Of a stretch of 64,000 nt of DNA, positions 61,297-64,000 are shown piece by piece. The notes beneath the pieces are model-generated. The model saw only the letters and a program-made list of their open reading frames with translations. It made no database searches and was not told the DNA's origin. Made by a program: the position numbers and the translations under genes. This DNA comes from Thermoanaerobaculia bacterium (lineage in GTDB: Bacteria; Acidobacteriota; Thermoanaerobaculia; Multivoradales; JAGPDF01): positions 201,606 through 265,605 of the forward strand of contig CAVRCL010000005.1 in NCBI GenBank assembly GCA_963719555.1, read 5' to 3'. Numbering within the stretch: the stretch's first letter is position 1; every line of letters begins with the position of its first letter.

Positions 61297-62104
61297 CAGC
61301 TTCCTTTCGGTAAAGCGACGATGAGCGAAGAGCGCGGCTTCGACGAGGCCGTCGAGGGTCCCGGCACGGCGATGGCGTCCGGGGTGCAGCCCGCGGCGCA
61401 CGAGCGCCCGGGCGGTCGTCGGGCCGATCACCGCGGCGGCGGCGTGCGCCAGCAGGTGGGCGAAGCCCGGCTCGCCAAACGCCTCGGCGAGGCCGTCGAC
61501 CGCCGACGGTGAGGCGAAAGTGACGACGTCGACCTCGCCGCGCGCGAGGGCCGCCGAGGCAGGCGCGCGCCGTGGCGAGGCCGGCGAAGCGGGGCGGTGC
61601 GATAGGCCTCGACGCGCACGACCTCGGCGCCGAGCGCGGCGAGGCCGCGCGGCAGCGTTTCGGCGGCGCGGTTGCTGGCCGGAAAGAGAATGCGCCGGCC
61701 GGCGCGCGTCGCCGGCCTCGGCGAAGCTCGCTACCAGGGCCGCGGCGTGGAACTCGCGCGGCAGGCGGTCGACGCGCCAGCCGCGTTCCTCGGCGGCGGC
61801 GGCGGTCGCGGCGCCGACCACGGCGAGGCGCAGCGCCGGCGGCAGAGCGGCGCGGTGCTCGGCGACCGCCTCGACAGCGTGCGCGCTGGTGAGCACCAGC
61901 CAGTCGAAGCGCGCCAGCGCGGCGAGCGCGCCGTTCGAGCGCCCGCGGGTCGGCGGGCGGCCCGACCGCCACCGCCGGCCAGTGGAGAACGCGCGCGCCG
62001 GCCGCCCGGAGGAGCGCGGCGAGCGCACCGCCCGGCGGCTCGTCGCGGGTCACCACGACGGAGAGACCGGAAAGCGGAGCGGCGAGGCCGCCGTCGGGCT
62101 TCAC
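61282..62104 (-). CDS. hemD: uroporphyrinogen-III synthase; frameshifted
   Basis: GTG start overlaps the hemC stop (GTGA). LSGLSVVVTRDEPPGGALAALLRAAGARVLHWP; FDWLVLTSAHAVEAV; VDVVTFASPSAVDGLAEAFG. Confidence 0.7.
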
Positions 62105-63107
62105 GGTTGGCCGGCTCCGGGAGTCGACTGCGAAACGGCGCTGTTCATGGCTTGGCGCCTTCGGGGCGGCGAATGCTCGGCGAGGATCGCCGCGGCGCCG
62201 CCGGCGATGAGCTCCTCGGCGAGAGCGCGACCGAGCTCCTGCGGCCGGCTCGCCGGGCCGCGGCGCTCGCCGGCGACATGCCGGCGGCCGTCGACCGAGA
62301 CCACTTCGCAAGCGAGCGTGAGCTCTTCGCCGGCGAGCGTCGCGAGGGCGCCGACCGGCACCTGGCAGCCGCCCTCGAAGCGCGGCGAGCAGGGCGCGCT
62401 CGGCAGCGGTCGTGAGATGGGTCGGCGGATGGTCGAGCCGGCGCACCCAGGCGCGGGTGGCCTCGTCGTGGGCGCGAATCTCGACCGCCACCGCCCCCTG
62501 GGCGACCGCCGGCAGGAAGCGGTCGAGCGGCAGATACTCGGTGATGTGGCGCTCGAGACCGAGCCGCTTCACCCCGGCCGCGGCGAGGATGATCGCGTCG
62601 TACTTGCCCTCCTCGACCCGGCGCACCCGCGTCGGCACGTTGCCGCGCAGGTCGACGAGCTCGAGGTCGGGGCGATAGCGCGCGAGGAGCGCCCGGCGCC
62701 GCAGACTGCTGGTGCCGACGCGCCCGCCCGCCGCCAGCGCCGCGAAACCGGCGCCGGCGCTGCCACCCTTCGCCAGCCAGACGTCGCGCGGATCCTCGCG
62801 CTCGAGCACGGCAGCGAGCCCGAGCCCTCGGGGAGCTCGGTCGGCAGGTCCTTCAGGCTGTGGACCGCGAGGTCGATGTGACCCGCGGCGAGCGCCTCCT
62901 CGATCTCCTTGGTGAAGAACGCCTTGCCGGGAACCTCGGAAAGCGGGCGATCGAGGACGTGGTCGCCTTCGGTGCGAATCTCCATGATCTGGATCTGCAG
63001 ATTGCCGTTGGCGCCGTCGAGGCGCGCGAGCAGCGCGGCGACATGATGCGCCTGCCAGAGCGCCAACTCGGAGCCGCGGGTGCCGATGCGGAGCGTTCGG
63101 TTCACGA
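62101..63107 (-). CDS. hemC: hydroxymethylbilane synthase (porphobilinogen deaminase); frameshifted
   Basis: [22 protein letters not shown]..., [46 protein letters not shown], and C-terminus [21 protein letters not shown]. Confidence 0.8.
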
Positions 63108-63822
63108 CGATTCCCCCTGGACGGTGAAGCGGTAGCCGACACCGCGCACGGTGTGGAAGTGCTGCGGCTGCTGCGGGTCGCGCTCGAAGCGCTTGCGCAG
63201 CCGGACGATGAAGTTGTCGACCGTGCGGGTCGACGGAAAGAGCTCGTAGCCCCACGCCTTGTCGAGCAGCTCCTCGCGCGAGACGACTTCGCCGACGCGC
63301 TCGGCGAGCACCTTGAGGATGACCGCCTCCTTCTGCGTCAGCGGCTGCGAGGGTGCCGTCCCAGGAGCGCCCCTGCAGGCTCCCGAAATCGAACTCGTTG
63401 CCGCCGAAGCGCAGCACCGGCGCGGCGTTGGCGGTGGCGCGCTCGTACCAGCTCCAGCGCCGCAGAATGGTCTTCACGCGCGCCAGCAGCTCCTGCAGGT
63501 GGAACGGCTTCGGCAGGTAGTCGTCGCCGCCCGCCTCGAGCCCCTGCACGCGGTCGTCGACGCTCGACTTGGCGGTGAGGAAGAGCACCGGCGTCTGCAC
63601 GCCTTCGGCGCGCGCCGTCTCGCAGATCGTGAAGCCGTCGAGCCCCGGGAGCATGACGTCGAGGAGGATGAGATCCTGCCCGCCGCGGCGGATCATCTCG
63701 AGCGCCGCGCGTCCCTCGCCGACGATCGCGACGCGGTAGCCCTCGGCTTCGAGATTCTCGGCGATGCCCTGGGCGAGATGCTCTTCGTCCTCGACCACCA
63801 GAATGGAGCGCGGCTCGGTCAT
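63102..63822 (-). CDS. two-component response regulator, OmpR/PhoB family; one frameshift
   Basis: [31 protein letters not shown]...[14 protein letters not shown]...[26 protein letters not shown] (receiver domain); winged-helix C-terminus [34 protein letters not shown]...VRGVGYRF. Confidence 0.8.
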
Positions 63823-64000
63823 GAGGCCTCCTCGCCGTCATCGGCATGGCATCCGGGGTAGCCGCCGGCCAGGCGACGGTGAACGTCGCGCCGCGACCGG
63901 GGCCGGGCGAGAGCGCGGTCACCCAGCCGCGCTCGAGCTCGACGAAGCGGCGCACGACGTAGAGGCCGAGGCCGGTGCCTTTGCTGGTGCGGCGCAGCTC
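63819..64000 (-). CDS. sensor histidine kinase, C-terminal HATPase fragment; 5' part lies beyond window end
   Basis: [45 protein letters not shown] (G2 box of HATPase_c). Directly upstream of, and overlapping, the response regulator (ATGA). Confidence 0.5.
   Translation of the reverse strand, partial: AAPHQQRHRPRPLRRAPLRRARARLGDRALARPRSRRDVHRRLAGGYPGCHADDGEEAS

Overview
This 64-kb window is ~70% GC and covers the chromosomal replication-origin region of a high-GC bacterium. The origin assignment rests on two gene blocks that sit ~12 kb apart: rpmH-rnpA-yidD-yidC-jag-rsmG-parA-parB on the minus strand, and dnaA-dnaN-recF-gyrB-gyrA on the plus strand. Gene content fits Acidobacteria, Gemmatimonadota or Myxococcota, but I cannot place it further.

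The window also holds:
- housekeeping operons: dnaX-ybaB-recR, pyrK-pyrD-pyrF, and a heme cluster hemC-hemD-hemB-hemE-hemN-hemY downstream of a two-component system;
- structural RNA genes: a tmRNA, an SRP RNA and two tandem tRNA-Ser;
- an ECF sigma factor overlapping a Ser/Thr-kinase/TPR gene, and a Phd/YefM-VapC toxin-antitoxin pair;
- a DUF4160/DUF2442 gene pair wedged between gyrB and gyrA;
- a cluster of secreted repeat proteins that share a short C-terminal tail.

That shared tail is the strongest candidate for something undescribed. Five signal-peptide proteins with unrelated bodies (CSLREA/beta-helix, delta-60 repeat, DOMON-like) all end in [LI]F.D[GS]FE[SL][GQ].T..W[SG]..[VA]P at the extreme C-terminus, which I do not recognise as any known sorting signal.

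About half of the genes, including essential ones (dnaN, recF, gyrB, gyrA, yidC), are broken by one to several frameshifts. Essential genes cannot all be pseudogenes, so I read these as indel-type sequencing or assembly errors. Coordinates for those genes are merged spans and approximate. Several very long ORFs in the supplied six-frame track (1505 aa, 955 aa, 794 aa, 785 aa) are high-GC read-through artefacts.
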